Source: an uncultured Actinomycetota bacterium
Lineage (GTDB): Bacteria > Actinomycetota > Actinomycetes > JAHEKZ01
Assembly (NCBI GenBank): GCA_963743915.1
Contig: CAVURN010000002.1
Span: 640,001-704,000, forward strand
DNA length: 64,000 nt
Direction: 5' to 3'
Shown: piece after piece, positions 30,924-40,812 of the stretch
Layout: each line of letters starts with the position of its first letter
Position numbering within the stretch: the stretch's first letter is position 1
Notes under the pieces: model-generated
Told to the model about the DNA's origin: nothing
Seen by the model: the letters and a program-made list of their open reading frames with translations, nothing else
Database searches by the model: none
Translations under genes and position numbers: made by a program

Positions 30924-31736
30924 TCACCGGCCGGGGGCGCTGCTCCGCAGCATCGGTAGTGCTACACGGAGGACAGGATCAACGCTGGCCGTGTCCAGAC
31001 CCAGGTGGTCCTCATCCTGGATCGACACGAACTCCGCATGGGGAATCTCCGCCGCCGCCTGTTGCGCCTGCTCGAAGAAGTCCACATCCTGGGCTCCGAC
31101 ACAGATGAGGCAGGGGACTTCCCAGGCGCGCAGGTCCTCGCTGACCGCTCCCTCACCGATGGCTGCCGTCGACGCGGCTCGTAGCGCCGCGGGATCAGAG
31201 GCGAGGTACGTGGCCCGGACGGCTTCGGGGTAGCGTCCGGCGATCGACTCGAAGGACTCGACGAGCGCCTCCATCGCACCTTCATCAGCGCCGGCCAGGG
31301 CTTCTCTCACCACGCGGGCGAGCGGCCCGTCCGGATTCATGGCGTACGGCTGCTGACCCATGATCACCAGCGAAAGCACCCGCTCCGACGCGAGCTCACC
31401 CAGGCCGAAGCAGAGCCTTCCGCCCCACGAGATACCGACGAAGTGCGCTCGCTCAATGTCCAGCGCATCCAGCACGGCCAACACGTCAGCGACCCGCAGC
31501 GGCATGGCATACGCCTGGGGGTCATGGGGCTTGGCGCTCCGGCCGTGGCCCCGATGATCGATGAAGATGAGCCGGAACTCGTCAGTGAGGTCCCGGAGTG
31601 CCACGGCGATCGGAGCGCGTCGGACGAGCTCGACCGGGTCCAGGAATCCGCCCAGGATGACCAGCGGCACGCCACCGCCGCCGTCATCCTCGAAGTACAC
31701 CTGGCTCTGATCGCGAGCGTTCGTGGCGAAGGGCAT
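30924..31736 (-). CDS. Alpha/beta hydrolase
   Basis: DHRGHGRS, GISWGG nucleophile elbow, VGAQD, EDH. Confidence 0.88.
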   Translation of the reverse strand: MPFATNARDQSQVYFEDDGGGGVPLVILGGFLDPVELVRRAPIAVALRDLTDEFRLIFIDHRGHGRSAKPHDPQAYAMPLRVADVLAVLDALDIERAHFVGISWGGRLCFGLGELASERVLSLVIMGQQPYAMNPDGPLARVVREALAGADEGAMEALVESFESIAGRYPEAVRATYLASDPAALRAASTAAIGEGAVSEDLRAWEVPCLICVGAQDVDFFEQAQQAAAEIPHAEFVSIQDEDHLGLDTASVDPVLRVALPMLRSSAPGR

Positions 31737-31942
31737 CGAAGCAGCTCCAAGCGTTGCGGACACGCCATCATCCCGCGGATCCCCTCATACGGCGCAAATT
31801 GGGCAGGCCGGTGAGGCGACTCGATTCCGCGGTCAACCTAAGAGACGGCTGAAACGACTGAACAGAGTGACGAACGCTTCGCGAACGCCGCGATCCCTGC
31901 GGTCTCCATGTTTGACCGCCTCCCACCACCTCAGGAGCAACC

Positions 31943-33274
31943 ATGGCCATTCTCACTGAACGAGAAAGCCCGCACAGGCAACCACCTCGACGGCAGTTTG
32001 CCAGGGTGCACCTACGTTCCCGACTTACCGTTGCGGCCTCGATTCCTGTCCTGATCGGGGCAAGCCTCGTCGTCGCACCCGCTACTGCAGCGCCGCCCAC
32101 GCCCCCGCCCAATACCACGGTCGTTACCTGGGACGCCGTCGCCCAGCAGGCGATATCCGCCGTGCCACTGTCTGCACCTGATGGCCATGTGCTCTTCGCG
32201 TACGTCGGCATCGCGATGTACGACGCGGCCATGGCGGTCAACCCCACTCACAAGTCCTTCACCACTGACGTTCAGGCCGCCCCCGGAGCGTCCGCTGAAG
32301 CAGCCGTGGCCACCGCGGCCCATGACGTCCTCGTCCACTTCCTGCCGGCCCAGGCTGCAACGATCATCGACCCGGCATACGCCAATTCACTTGCCGCCAT
32401 TCCGGATGGACCGGCCGAGACCGCAGGAATAGAGGCGGGGGCGGAGGTCACCGAACAGTTGCTGGAGGAACGTGGCGGCGACGGGTTCCTCGCGCCAACG
32501 ACACCACCGCCGATCGGCACCGCTCCTGGTGAGTGGATCCCCACCGCGACGACGCCTCCGCTGGGCCTGTCGTTGGTAAACATGCGCCCGTTCACCCTCA
32601 AGTCGAATGACCAGTTCCGTCCGGCCGGCCCACCCTCGCTCGACAGCGACCGATGGGCTCGGGACTTCAACGAGACCAAGACCATGGGAGTCGCAAGTGG
32701 CGGTCCGCGGGACGAGTATCAGACGCTGGTAGCCCGCTTCTGGGGAGAGCCACCGGTGCCGCAGGCGCATGCGGCACTCCGGCTGTTCGTCCAGCAGCAC
32801 GACCTCGACCTTTTCGAGGCAGCCCGCTTCATGGCCATGGCCGACGTGACGGTGGGTGACGCGTTCATCGCCTGCTTCGACGCCAAGTACCACTTCCGGT
32901 TCTGGCGCCCGATAACCGCGATTCGTGCCGGTGACAGCGATGGCAACGCTGACACCGCTGGTGATCCGGCGTGGACTCCCCTGCTCGGGACGCCGAACCA
33001 TCCTGAGTACCCGAGCGCCCACTCGTGCATCACGCCTTCGATAGGGCTGGTTGTGGCACGGTTCCTCGGAACGCAGCAGATCGATTTCACCATTCCGAGC
33101 GTCACCGGACTCGGCAGCCGGACGTTTGCTACGCCACGTGCGCTGACCGCGGACGTAGGCAACGGTCGCGTCTGGGCAGGAATCCACTTCCGCAGCGCCA
33201 CCGACGACGGAGCGGTCATCGCCAAGCGGAGTGCCAACTGGGTGCTCGCGCACAACTTCCAGCCGCTCGACTAG
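31943..33274 (+). CDS. Secreted vanadium-dependent haloperoxidase / PAP2 superfamily protein
   Basis: KYHFRFWRP, HPEYPSAHS, RVWAGIHF; signal peptide; AGGAG RBS. Confidence 0.85.
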   Translation: MAILTERESPHRQPPRRQFARVHLRSRLTVAASIPVLIGASLVVAPATAAPPTPPPNTTVVTWDAVAQQAISAVPLSAPDGHVLFAYVGIAMYDAAMAVNPTHKSFTTDVQAAPGASAEAAVATAAHDVLVHFLPAQAATIIDPAYANSLAAIPDGPAETAGIEAGAEVTEQLLEERGGDGFLAPTTPPPIGTAPGEWIPTATTPPLGLSLVNMRPFTLKSNDQFRPAGPPSLDSDRWARDFNETKTMGVASGGPRDEYQTLVARFWGEPPVPQAHAALRLFVQQHDLDLFEAARFMAMADVTVGDAFIACFDAKYHFRFWRPITAIRAGDSDGNADTAGDPAWTPLLGTPNHPEYPSAHSCITPSIGLVVARFLGTQQIDFTIPSVTGLGSRTFATPRALTADVGNGRVWAGIHFRSATDDGAVIAKRSANWVLAHNFQPLD

Positions 33275-33283
33275 TCAGGGCAG

Positions 33284-33319
33284 CGTCCCGGGTCCTCGAG
33301 CAGTCGAGGACCCGGGACG
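33284..33319. terminator. Bidirectional hairpin terminator
   Basis: Perfect 16-bp stem cgtcccgggtcctcga/tcgaggacccgggacg with a 4-nt loop between convergent genes. Confidence 0.85.
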
Positions 33320-33327
33320 TTCGCGAA

Positions 33328-33954
33328 TCACGGGACAGCGACGCGGCACACGACTCCGACACAGGGAGACGTCTCCTCGCCCGCGGGCATCGACTCGTAC
33401 GGGGGCGTGACCTCGACCGGCACGACGACGCCCTCGTGCTCACCTGTGCGCAGGAATTCCTCGACCCCCGACTCCCACACCGTGACCTTGACCGACAGCA
33501 CAATCAGACCACCTGGCCGGACCACCCGGAACAGCTCCGGAAGTCCCTCTACCCCGACATGTCCAGCAGTGAAGACCCCTGTACTCACAGCTGCCGCATA
33601 GCGAGCACTCTCGAAGGGGAGCGGTTCACCGAGGAAACCGTGGTGCAGCTCGCGGTACGCGCGTTTTCGGCTGGCCACCGCCAGCATCCCCTCGGATGCA
33701 TCGAGGGCATCGACCTCGGGATAGCCCACCGTGCCGAGGAGCTCACCCACGAGCCCGGTGCCCGCGCCCGCGTCCAGGATCGGCGCCGACCCCGCGGGCA
33801 GGTGCCGGCACAGCAGGGCCAAGGCGATAGCCGGGTGGCGATACCCGACTTCCGCCATGTCGGAGTCATAGGACGCTGCCCACGCGTCGTACGCGTCCGA
33901 CAGCTCGTCCCTGCTGCTGGCCCCGTAGACCGCCTCCAAGCGCGACTGCGTCAT
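33328..33954 (-). CDS. Class I SAM-dependent methyltransferase (METTL27/WBSCR27-like)
   Basis: YDAWAASYD, ILDAGAGTGLVG, DASEGML, GVFTAGH; AGGAGG RBS. Confidence 0.88.
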   Translation of the reverse strand: MTQSRLEAVYGASSRDELSDAYDAWAASYDSDMAEVGYRHPAIALALLCRHLPAGSAPILDAGAGTGLVGELLGTVGYPEVDALDASEGMLAVASRKRAYRELHHGFLGEPLPFESARYAAAVSTGVFTAGHVGVEGLPELFRVVRPGGLIVLSVKVTVWESGVEEFLRTGEHEGVVVPVEVTPPYESMPAGEETSPCVGVVCRVAVP

Positions 33955-34065
33955 CTCGCCTCCTGTGAGATGTGCCCCACCCTCTCGCACGAGGTTCCCA
34001 CCGGGCAATGGTGAGCTCCTACGACGAGGTCTCGACGGACCTCATCAGGGCGACATACTGAGGCG

Positions 34066-34800
34066 ATGACGACATTCTCCGACACGACAGAGTTTGAAGG
34101 CGCGACGTTCATCAAGACCAGCTTCAAGGGCGCCACCATACGGTTCTCCGACGTCGGTGGTCTGACGATGCGCAGCGTCGACGTAGGCGGTCTGGACATC
34201 GACAGCCACGACCTGTTCTTCGGCAGCCTCTACGTCAACGGCGTCGACGTGGTTCCGCTGGTGGACGCCGAGCTCAACCGGCAGTTCCCCGGCCGCGAGC
34301 TGCAGAAGGCCCAGACACCCGAGGGTCTGCGCGAGGGCTGGACAGCCGTGCAGGCCGCGTGGGCCGAGACGGTGCAACAGACACCGCCACACCTGGTCGA
34401 CGCCCACGTCAAGGACGAGTGGTCATTGGCCCAGACCCTGCGACACCTCGTGCTCGCGACCGATGCTTGGCTTCGCGGCGCCATCCTGCGGATGGACGAG
34501 CCCTTCCATGAGATCGGCCAGGTCTTCACCGGCGCCGGGGCGATGGGATTCGACATGAGCATCTTCCGCGTCGACGCACCGTCCTATGACGAGGTTCTGG
34601 CCGTCCGCGCGGAACGTCAGCGAATGGTGACGGACTTTCTGCAGACCGTCACCCCGGATGTACTGGCCGAGGAACGCGACGACCCGTGGGCGGGTGACTG
34701 GCAGCCCACCGTTGGCGACTGTGTTCGGGTGATCTTGGAGGAGGAGTGGGCCCACCTACGCTATGTCCGCCGAGACCTGACCCTGCTCAGCGACACGTGA
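34066..34800 (+). CDS. DinB-family protein with N-terminal pentapeptide-like repeats
   Basis: FEGATFIKTSFKGA; EWSLAQTLRHLVLATDAW; EEWAH; leaderless CATACT-N6-ATG. Confidence 0.82.
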   Translation: MTTFSDTTEFEGATFIKTSFKGATIRFSDVGGLTMRSVDVGGLDIDSHDLFFGSLYVNGVDVVPLVDAELNRQFPGRELQKAQTPEGLREGWTAVQAAWAETVQQTPPHLVDAHVKDEWSLAQTLRHLVLATDAWLRGAILRMDEPFHEIGQVFTGAGAMGFDMSIFRVDAPSYDEVLAVRAERQRMVTDFLQTVTPDVLAEERDDPWAGDWQPTVGDCVRVILEEEWAHLRYVRRDLTLLSDT

Positions 34801-34891
34801 CGAGCCATCCCCGATCGTCGCCCAATGGCGAAGCCACGTCACCGGACAGCCGGAACCAAACGTCACGCATCAGCCGGGAAATACGCCGCAG

Positions 34892-34966
34892 TGGGGCGGG
34901 TGGGACTCGAACCCACGACCTGACGGATTATGAGTCCGCTGCTCTAACCAGCTGAGCTACCGCCCC
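34892..34966 (-). tRNA. tRNA-Ile2 (anticodon CAT, lysidine type); CCA not encoded
   Basis: GGGGCGGTAGCTCAGCTGGTTAGAGCAGCGGACTCATAATCCGTCAGGTCGTGGGTTCGAGTCCCACCCGCCCCA folds as a cloverleaf; G1-C72 pair excludes the initiator. Confidence 0.93.
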
Positions 34967-35037
34967 GGCACATCTTTGGGGAACTTCCTCCGCCCCGTGA
35001 CCCGTGAAAGTTACCCCAAAGGTGTTGGATCAGAGGT

Positions 35038-35730
35038 ATGCGCCTCACCCCGACCGAGCGAGACCGACTCCTCGTCTTCACCGCTGCCGAGCTCGCCCGC
35101 AGTCGCCGTGGTCGCGGCCTCCAGCTCAATGCGCCAGAGGCCACGGCACTCATCGCGGCCACGGTCATCGAAGCGGCTCGCGACGGACAGCGTCTGCGGG
35201 ACGCCGTTGATGCCGGCTGCAATGTGCTCCAGCCGGACGACGTCCTGCCCGGTGTGGCGGCGCTGGTGCCCGAGGTCTGGGTGGAGGCGGTCTTCGACGA
35301 CGGGACGCGCCTGGTCGTCGTTCCTCAGCCCCTCGGTCCGCCCCATGGGGAGGCAGCGCCGGGTTCTCTCGAACCCGCCCAGGACGAGGTCCCCGCGGCC
35401 ACTGCGCCGACCGCGACGCTCGAGGTGCACAACACCTCTGACGTCCCGATCAGCGTCACCTCACACTTCCACTTCTTCGAGGTCAACCCGCGGCTGCGCT
35501 TCGACCGGGCTGCGGCGTACGGCCGGCGTCTGGCAGTGCCGGCCGGCGAGGCCATCAGGTTCGACCCCCACACCACCACCGCTGTTCCCCTGGCGCCGAT
35601 CGGGGGTGAGCGGGTCGTCGTCGGAGCCGCTGGACTGGTCGACGGCCCTCTGGATGCCCCGGGAGCCAAGGAGGCCGCACTCGAGAAGGCACGCGCCACC
35701 GGCTACCTCGACGCCGGGACCGAGTCGTGA
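35038..35730 (+). CDS. ureAB: Fused urease gamma/beta subunit
   Basis: MRLTPTERDRL..RGLQLNAPEA, VEAVFDDGTRLV; PISVTSHFHFFEVN..RLAVPAGEAIRFDP. Confidence 0.92.
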   Translation: MRLTPTERDRLLVFTAAELARSRRGRGLQLNAPEATALIAATVIEAARDGQRLRDAVDAGCNVLQPDDVLPGVAALVPEVWVEAVFDDGTRLVVVPQPLGPPHGEAAPGSLEPAQDEVPAATAPTATLEVHNTSDVPISVTSHFHFFEVNPRLRFDRAAAYGRRLAVPAGEAIRFDPHTTTAVPLAPIGGERVVVGAAGLVDGPLDAPGAKEAALEKARATGYLDAGTES

Positions 35731-37404
35731 GGAGCGACGACTACGCCGCGATCTACGGCGCGACGACCGGTGACCGCATCCACCTCGGCGACACCGGACT
35801 GATCATCGAGATCGAATCCGACTCGCAGCTGCACGGCGACGAGTTCCTCATGGGATTTGGCAAGACGGCCCGCGACGGGCTGCACCTTCAGGCGCTGGCC
35901 GCGACGGAGTCCTGCGACGTGGTCGTGTCGAACGTCCTCATCGTGGACGCCGTGCTGGGCGTCCGTAAAGCCTCGATCGGGATCCGCGAGGGGCGCATCA
36001 GTTCCATCGGTCGGGCCGGCAATCCCCACACTCTGGACGGTGTGGACGTCGTCGTCGGCAACGGCACGTCGATCGTGAGCGGAGAAGGTCTGATCGCCAC
36101 AGCGGGGGCGATCGACACCCACGTCCATCTGATGTCGCCCCGCATCATGGAGGCGGCGCTGTCCTCCGGGGTGACCACCATCATCGGTCAGGAGTTCGGC
36201 CCGGTCTGGGGAGTCGGCGTCAACTCACCGTGGGCACTGCGTCACGCGTTTCGAGCCTTCGACGACTGGCCGGTCAACATCGGCTTCCTGGGGCGCGGTT
36301 CGTCGTCGGGAGACTCCCCCCTTCGTGAGGCTCTCGAGCGCGGAGGCGTCTGCGGGTTCAAGGTGCACGAAGACACCGGCGCTCATGCCCGCGCCCTCGA
36401 CACCGCCCTCCGGATAGCCGACGAGTACGACGTCCAGGTGGCCTTGCACACCGACGGCCTCAACGAGAGCCTCTCCGTGACCGACACGCTCGCTGTCCTT
36501 GACGGGCGTACCATCCACGCCTTCCACGTCGAGGGCTGCGGTGGGGGCCATGTTCCAGACGTGCTGCAGCTCGCGGGCGTCCCCAATGTCATCGGCTCGT
36601 CGACCAACCCCACGCTCCCCTACGGACGCGACGCGGTGCACGAGCACCTGGACATGATCATCGCCAGTCATGGGTTGAAGCCCGACCTGCCAGGGGACGT
36701 GCAGATGGCGGCCGACCGCATCCGCGGGGCCACGATGGCGGGTGAGAACGTGCTGCACGACCTCGGGGCGATCCCCATCACCTCCTCGGACGCGCAGGGT
36801 ATGGGACGGGCCGGGTGAGACTTTTGCGCGCACGTTTGCACTCGCCGCGCAGAACAAGCGCGCCCTCGGTCCGATGGCCGGCCACGAGGACGACGGCCAC
36901 GACAACGCGCGGGTCCTGCGGTACCTCGCCAAGCTCACCATCAACCCGGCGATCGCACACGGCTTCAGCCACGAGCTCGGATCGCTCGAGGTCGGAAAGC
37001 TCGCCGACATCGTGCTGTGGGACCCCGCCTGGTTCGGAGCCAAGCCGTCACTGGTGCTGAAAGCCGGGTACCCGGCGTGGGGCGTCACTGGTGACCCCAA
37101 TGCCTCCGTCGATCGAGCCGATCCTCTGGTCTTCGGCCCGCAGTTCGGCGGCCACGGGGCCACGCCTGCCGACCTCTCCGTCGCACTCGTCAGCGAAGCC
37201 TGCGACGTGGCCGGCCTGGGGACCCGCCGCCGGGCAGTTCCCGTCCGAGGATGTCGCCAGGTCGGCCTGGGCGCGATGGTGCGGAACGCCACGACGGGGA
37301 CAACGCGCGTCGATCCCGACGGTGCGCGGGTGACCTTCGACGACCGAGCGCTCACAGCCGATCCGGTCGACTCGGTGAGTCTCAGTCGGCTCTACTTCCT
37401 CTGA
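35727..37404 (+). CDS. ureC: Urease alpha-like subunit (divergent), frameshift near 36810
   Basis: [58 protein letters not shown]. Confidence 0.9.
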
Positions 37405-37709
37405 CCCGTGAGGGTGTCACTCACAGGCTCGTGTCGTTCGGTGAGGTCGGGGCCCTCGAGGGAAGTGTCGGCGGGTGCCTGCACCTCGTAGCTCGGCATG
37501 GCACCCATCCCCGCCATCGACAGGAGCTTCCCGGCGAAGACACCGAGCGCTGCGACGCCCAAGCCGAGCCAGAAGACCACCGGCTCGGCGGCGACGACCG
37601 CGACCCCTGAGGTCAGGAACCCCACGAGCACGATCGTCACGGTCGTCCAGGCCGCGACGGTGTGTCCGTGGGCGGGACCGCTGTCGTGCCGGGTGGCGTG
37701 ATGGCTCAT
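37392..37709 (-). CDS. HGxxPAAW-type small membrane protein
   Basis: [11 protein letters not shown] followed by two TM helices. Confidence 0.75.
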   Translation of the reverse strand: MSHHATRHDSGPAHGHTVAAWTTVTIVLVGFLTSGVAVVAAEPVVFWLGLGVAALGVFAGKLLSMAGMGAMPSYEVQAPADTSLEGPDLTERHEPVSDTLTGQRK

Positions 37710-37760
37710 CTCTCTCTCCCAAGGTCGACTGTGGGGCTGCACTGGTCCGATGCCGGTGAC

Positions 37761-37821
37761 ATTCCCCACGGTCCCTCGACCGAAACCCCGGTGCATGATT
37801 GACGGCAGGGCGAACGGGTAT
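37761..37821. promoter_or_regulatory. Back-to-back SigB/SigF-type promoters
   Basis: Minus: GTTT-N16-GGGAAT (37786-37761); plus: GATT-N15-GGGTAT (37797-37821). Confidence 0.55.
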
Positions 37822-37857
37822 GTGTCGGAGAACACCTGATCCTCTGAGGAGGCCCCC

Positions 37858-38109
37858 ATGCAGTACCCATCGGCCACCACGCACGTCGAGATCGAGGCGA
37901 TCGTGGACGGCGTCCGACGTCGTCACGGACGGTGCCGGCCTGCTCACCCTCGCGGAGATCTGCCAGCGAGAGCTCGCACTCCACTCCTCGTGCGCGGCCG
38001 ACCCCCGAGACTGGTCGACAGCGACCGTCCCTGGTGGGCTCCTGACGGCCAGCGAGCGGAGCGGGCAGACGTTTCTCCGCGCGGCCTCCGGGTATTCAGC
38101 CCTCCATGA
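37858..38109 (+). CDS. Hypothetical small protein (83 aa; may be frameshifted)
   Basis: GAGGAGG RBS and upstream promoter; no recognisable motif. Confidence 0.4.
   Translation: MQYPSATTHVEIEAIVDGVRRRHGRCRPAHPRGDLPARARTPLLVRGRPPRLVDSDRPWWAPDGQRAERADVSPRGLRVFSPP
38071..38095 (+). promoter_or_regulatory. SigB/SigF-type promoter
   Basis: GTTT-N15-GGGTAT, 10 nt before ATG 38106. Confidence 0.68.
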
Positions 38110-38348
38110 CCACCACAGCGCATCGTCTCGTCCGATTCGACGGCGTCAGCTGGGTCGTCGTGGCACCAGGTGCCGAGCGCGTCTCGTTCCGCAGCGATGA
38201 CCGGGGGGAGGCCGTCGCGCGTGCCCGACGCATCGTCCGCAACCTCGGGGGCGGGCAGGTCGAGATATGCGGCGAACACGGAACCGTCGAGCGGGTGGTC
38301 ACGGTGACGCGCTCCCTGGCGCAAGAGCCGGACCTTCGGCCGCGATGA
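38106..38348 (+). CDS. DUF2188-like small protein
   Basis: WVVVAPGAERVS..DRGEAVARARRIVRNLGGGQVEICGEHG pattern. Confidence 0.65.
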   Translation: MTTTAHRLVRFDGVSWVVVAPGAERVSFRSDDRGEAVARARRIVRNLGGGQVEICGEHGTVERVVTVTRSLAQEPDLRPR

Positions 38349-38382
38349 GCGGCCCCATCCCTACGTACCTTGAGGAGACGTC

Positions 38383-38910
38383 ATGACCGTTGCTGACCTC
38401 ATCCGGACCGACCACCGCGAGATGGAGCGGCTCTTCTCCGAGCTCGAGAGCCCGGAGAAGCGGCCCCTCGTGGCTCCGACCATCGTCGCGCTGCTCGCCG
38501 CGCACAGCCGGGCCGAGGAGTCTGAGGTCTATCCGGCAGTGCGGGAGCAGACGGACGCGTCCGATGAGGTGGCCCACTCCCAGAAGGAGCACGTCGAGGC
38601 AGACCGGCTCGCCGCGCGCCTCGTCGACACCGACCTCGACAGCGACACCTTCGACCGACTCTTGAAGGAGCTGGTGGACGCCGTCTCCCACCACATCGAG
38701 GAGGAGGAGTCGGACGTGCTGCCCGCTCTCGACAAGCTGCCGGAGCAGGTCCAGGCGACCCTGGGGTCAGCTTTCCTGCGGGTACGCGCGGAGCACCTCA
38801 TGGCCGGAACGACGTCGATGACTCGCAGCGAGCTCGAGACCCAGGCGCGCAACGAAGGCATCGACGGCACCTCCTCCATGAGCAAGAACGAGCTGGCCGA
38901 CAAGGTCTGA
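38383..38910 (+). CDS. Hemerythrin/HHE domain protein with C-terminal Rho-N-like helix pair
   Basis: DHREME, AHSRAEESEVYP, KEHVE, HHIEEEE; SSMSKNEL; GAGGAG RBS. Confidence 0.88.
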   Translation: MTVADLIRTDHREMERLFSELESPEKRPLVAPTIVALLAAHSRAEESEVYPAVREQTDASDEVAHSQKEHVEADRLAARLVDTDLDSDTFDRLLKELVDAVSHHIEEEESDVLPALDKLPEQVQATLGSAFLRVRAEHLMAGTTSMTRSELETQARNEGIDGTSSMSKNELADKV

Positions 38911-38921
38911 GCCTGACGGTC

Positions 38922-38946
38922 GTTTCACCCGACGACCACCGGGTAG
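38922..38946 (+). promoter_or_regulatory. SigB/SigF-type promoter
   Basis: GTTT-N15-GGGTAG upstream of the SRPBCC gene. Confidence 0.65.
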
Positions 38947-38975
38947 TCGCGACGTACCATCGAAGGGAGAAACAG

Positions 38976-39422
38976 ATGACCACCATCGAGCAGGCCGTCG
39001 ACGTCCGTGCCCCGTTGCAGCGGGTCTACAACCAATGGACGCAGTTCGAGGACTTCCCCCAGTTCATGGAGGGTGTCGAGAGCGTTCAACAGCTCGACGA
39101 CAGCCACCTGCACTGGCGCACCAGCATCGCCGGCGTCACGCGTGAGTTCGACGCCCGCGTCGTCGAGCAGGAGCCCGACCAGATCATCGCCTGGCAGAGC
39201 CTCGACCAGCCGCACCAGGCCGGCCGGGTCACCTTCCAGCCGCTCGACACCGCCACGACGCGGGTCGGGCTCCGGATGGACTTCGAGCCTGAGGGACTTG
39301 CGGAAAAGACAGGCGACAAGCTCGGCATCGTCGAGGCGCGCGTGCGAGGTGACCTCGAGCGGTTCAAGCACTTCATCGAGGAGCGAGGCACCGAGACCGG
39401 TGCCTGGCGAGGCACCGTCTGA
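38976..39422 (+). CDS. SRPBCC/polyketide cyclase family protein
   Basis: VYNQWTQFEDFPQFMEGV, GDLERFKHFIE..ETGAWRG. Confidence 0.92.
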   Translation: MTTIEQAVDVRAPLQRVYNQWTQFEDFPQFMEGVESVQQLDDSHLHWRTSIAGVTREFDARVVEQEPDQIIAWQSLDQPHQAGRVTFQPLDTATTRVGLRMDFEPEGLAEKTGDKLGIVEARVRGDLERFKHFIEERGTETGAWRGTV

Positions 39423-39431
39423 GCTGCGGCT

Positions 39432-39472
39432 GATGGGCCGGTCCGGGGCGTTCGCTCCTGGACCGGCCCATC
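39432..39472. terminator. Bidirectional hairpin terminator
   Basis: gatgggccggtcc...ggaccggcccatc stem between convergent genes. Confidence 0.8.
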
Positions 39473-39473
39473 G

Positions 39474-39944
39474 TCATGCCGGACCCTCGCTGCGCAGTCG
39501 AGAGGGCCAGACGAACCAAAGGCCGATGAAGAGCACCATCGCTCCCGCCCCTGCGACGAACGAGAAGGGCCGCCCGATGCTCACGTCCAGGGCGAGGAAC
39601 ACCGCACCTGTCATCGATGCGGCCAGGAAGAGGAGACCGGTCGACGCCATGAGATGGGCGGACCTGATGACCTCCTCCTTCATGTGGTGCCCGAACAGCA
39701 TGCGGTGCAGGGCAACAGGAGCGATCATCAGGGCTGCAGCGACCAGCGCGGACAGCAGCGAGAACGCGTACACGCTCTTCAGCGTGGTGGACAGCCCGGC
39801 AAAGCCGCCCTGGAACGGCAGCACGAGCAGGAAGGCGAAGAGGATCTGAACTCCGGCCTGCGCCACTCGAAGCTCTTGCAGGAGCTCGCTCAGCTGACGG
39901 TCGGCACGCTCGTCCGGGGTCTCGGACGGGCGTGAGGAGCTCAC
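39474..39944 (-). CDS. DUF6328 family membrane protein
   Basis: ETPDERADRQLSELLQELRVAQAGVQILFAFLLVLPF, APVALHR. Confidence 0.85.
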   Translation of the reverse strand: MSSSRPSETPDERADRQLSELLQELRVAQAGVQILFAFLLVLPFQGGFAGLSTTLKSVYAFSLLSALVAAALMIAPVALHRMLFGHHMKEEVIRSAHLMASTGLLFLAASMTGAVFLALDVSIGRPFSFVAGAGAMVLFIGLWFVWPSRLRSEGPA

Positions 39945-39945
39945 C

Positions 39946-40812
39946 TCAGCCGGTGCCGGTCATCGTCGCCGCGATGTCCGAGCTCGAGTCACCACCGCGT
40001 CGCAGGACCAGACCGACGAGCCCGATGGCGATGATGGTCAGCAAGAACATGAGTGCCGAGATCGAGGCGATCTCCGGACGCAGTGACGCCTTGACGGAGG
40101 AGAAGACGTAGACCGGCCAGGGTGTGCTTCCCTGCACGAAGACGAACGACGAGATGACCGTGTTGTCCAGGCTGAGAGTGAAGGCGAGCAATCCACCGGC
40201 CAGCACCGCAGGGAGCATCAGCGGGAAGGTGATCTGGCTGAACCGCTTGAAGGGGGTCGCATAGAGGTCGCCGGCTGCCTCCTCGAGGGACTCGTCGATG
40301 CCGGAGAGCCGAGCGCGGACGATCAGTGTGACGACGGCGGTGCTGAAGACCGAGTGACTGACGATCAGGCGCACGTAGCCGCTGTTGAAGGCGAGGATGT
40401 TGAAGTCCTGGCCCAGCAGCACGTACCACGGCAGCAGGGCGATCGCGTCCACGATCTCCGGGGTCACGAGGACCAGCGCCACCAGGATGAGGAACCCGGC
40501 CGTCCACTTGCCAGGCCTCCTGGCCAGCGCGACACCCGCCAGGGATCCGAGGAAGGTCGCGATCAACGCGGAGAGGACGGCCACGATCAGGGAGACCCGC
40601 ACGGCTGCTCGAGGTGCGGGGTTCTCGAAGAACGCCCGGTAGCCGTCGAGACCGAAACCATTCCAGTCGGTGAGGATGCGTCCGGTGTTGAACGAGTAGA
40701 CCAGGATCCAGACGATCGGCAGGAAGAGGAAGATGAAGACCACGACGCCCCAGACCGTGAGCCCGACCTTGGGCCAGTCGAAGCGGGTCTTGGTGACCGT
40801 CGCGCCGCTCAT
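39946..40812 (-). CDS. potC: Polyamine-type ABC permease (PotC-like)
   Basis: FLFLPI..YSFN, SLEEAAGDLYA, AFTLSLD; ATG 40812. Confidence 0.85.
   Translation of the reverse strand: MSGATVTKTRFDWPKVGLTVWGVVVFIFLFLPIVWILVYSFNTGRILTDWNGFGLDGYRAFFENPAPRAAVRVSLIVAVLSALIATFLGSLAGVALARRPGKWTAGFLILVALVLVTPEIVDAIALLPWYVLLGQDFNILAFNSGYVRLIVSHSVFSTAVVTLIVRARLSGIDESLEEAAGDLYATPFKRFSQITFPLMLPAVLAGGLLAFTLSLDNTVISSFVFVQGSTPWPVYVFSSVKASLRPEIASISALMFLLTIIAIGLVGLVLRRGGDSSSDIAATMTGTG

Noticed and set aside
34892-34966. tRNA-Met or tRNA-fMet call
   Set aside because: G1-C72 pair and no GGG/CCC anticodon stem exclude the initiator; the sequence resembles actinobacterial Ile2, though elongator Met is not formally excluded
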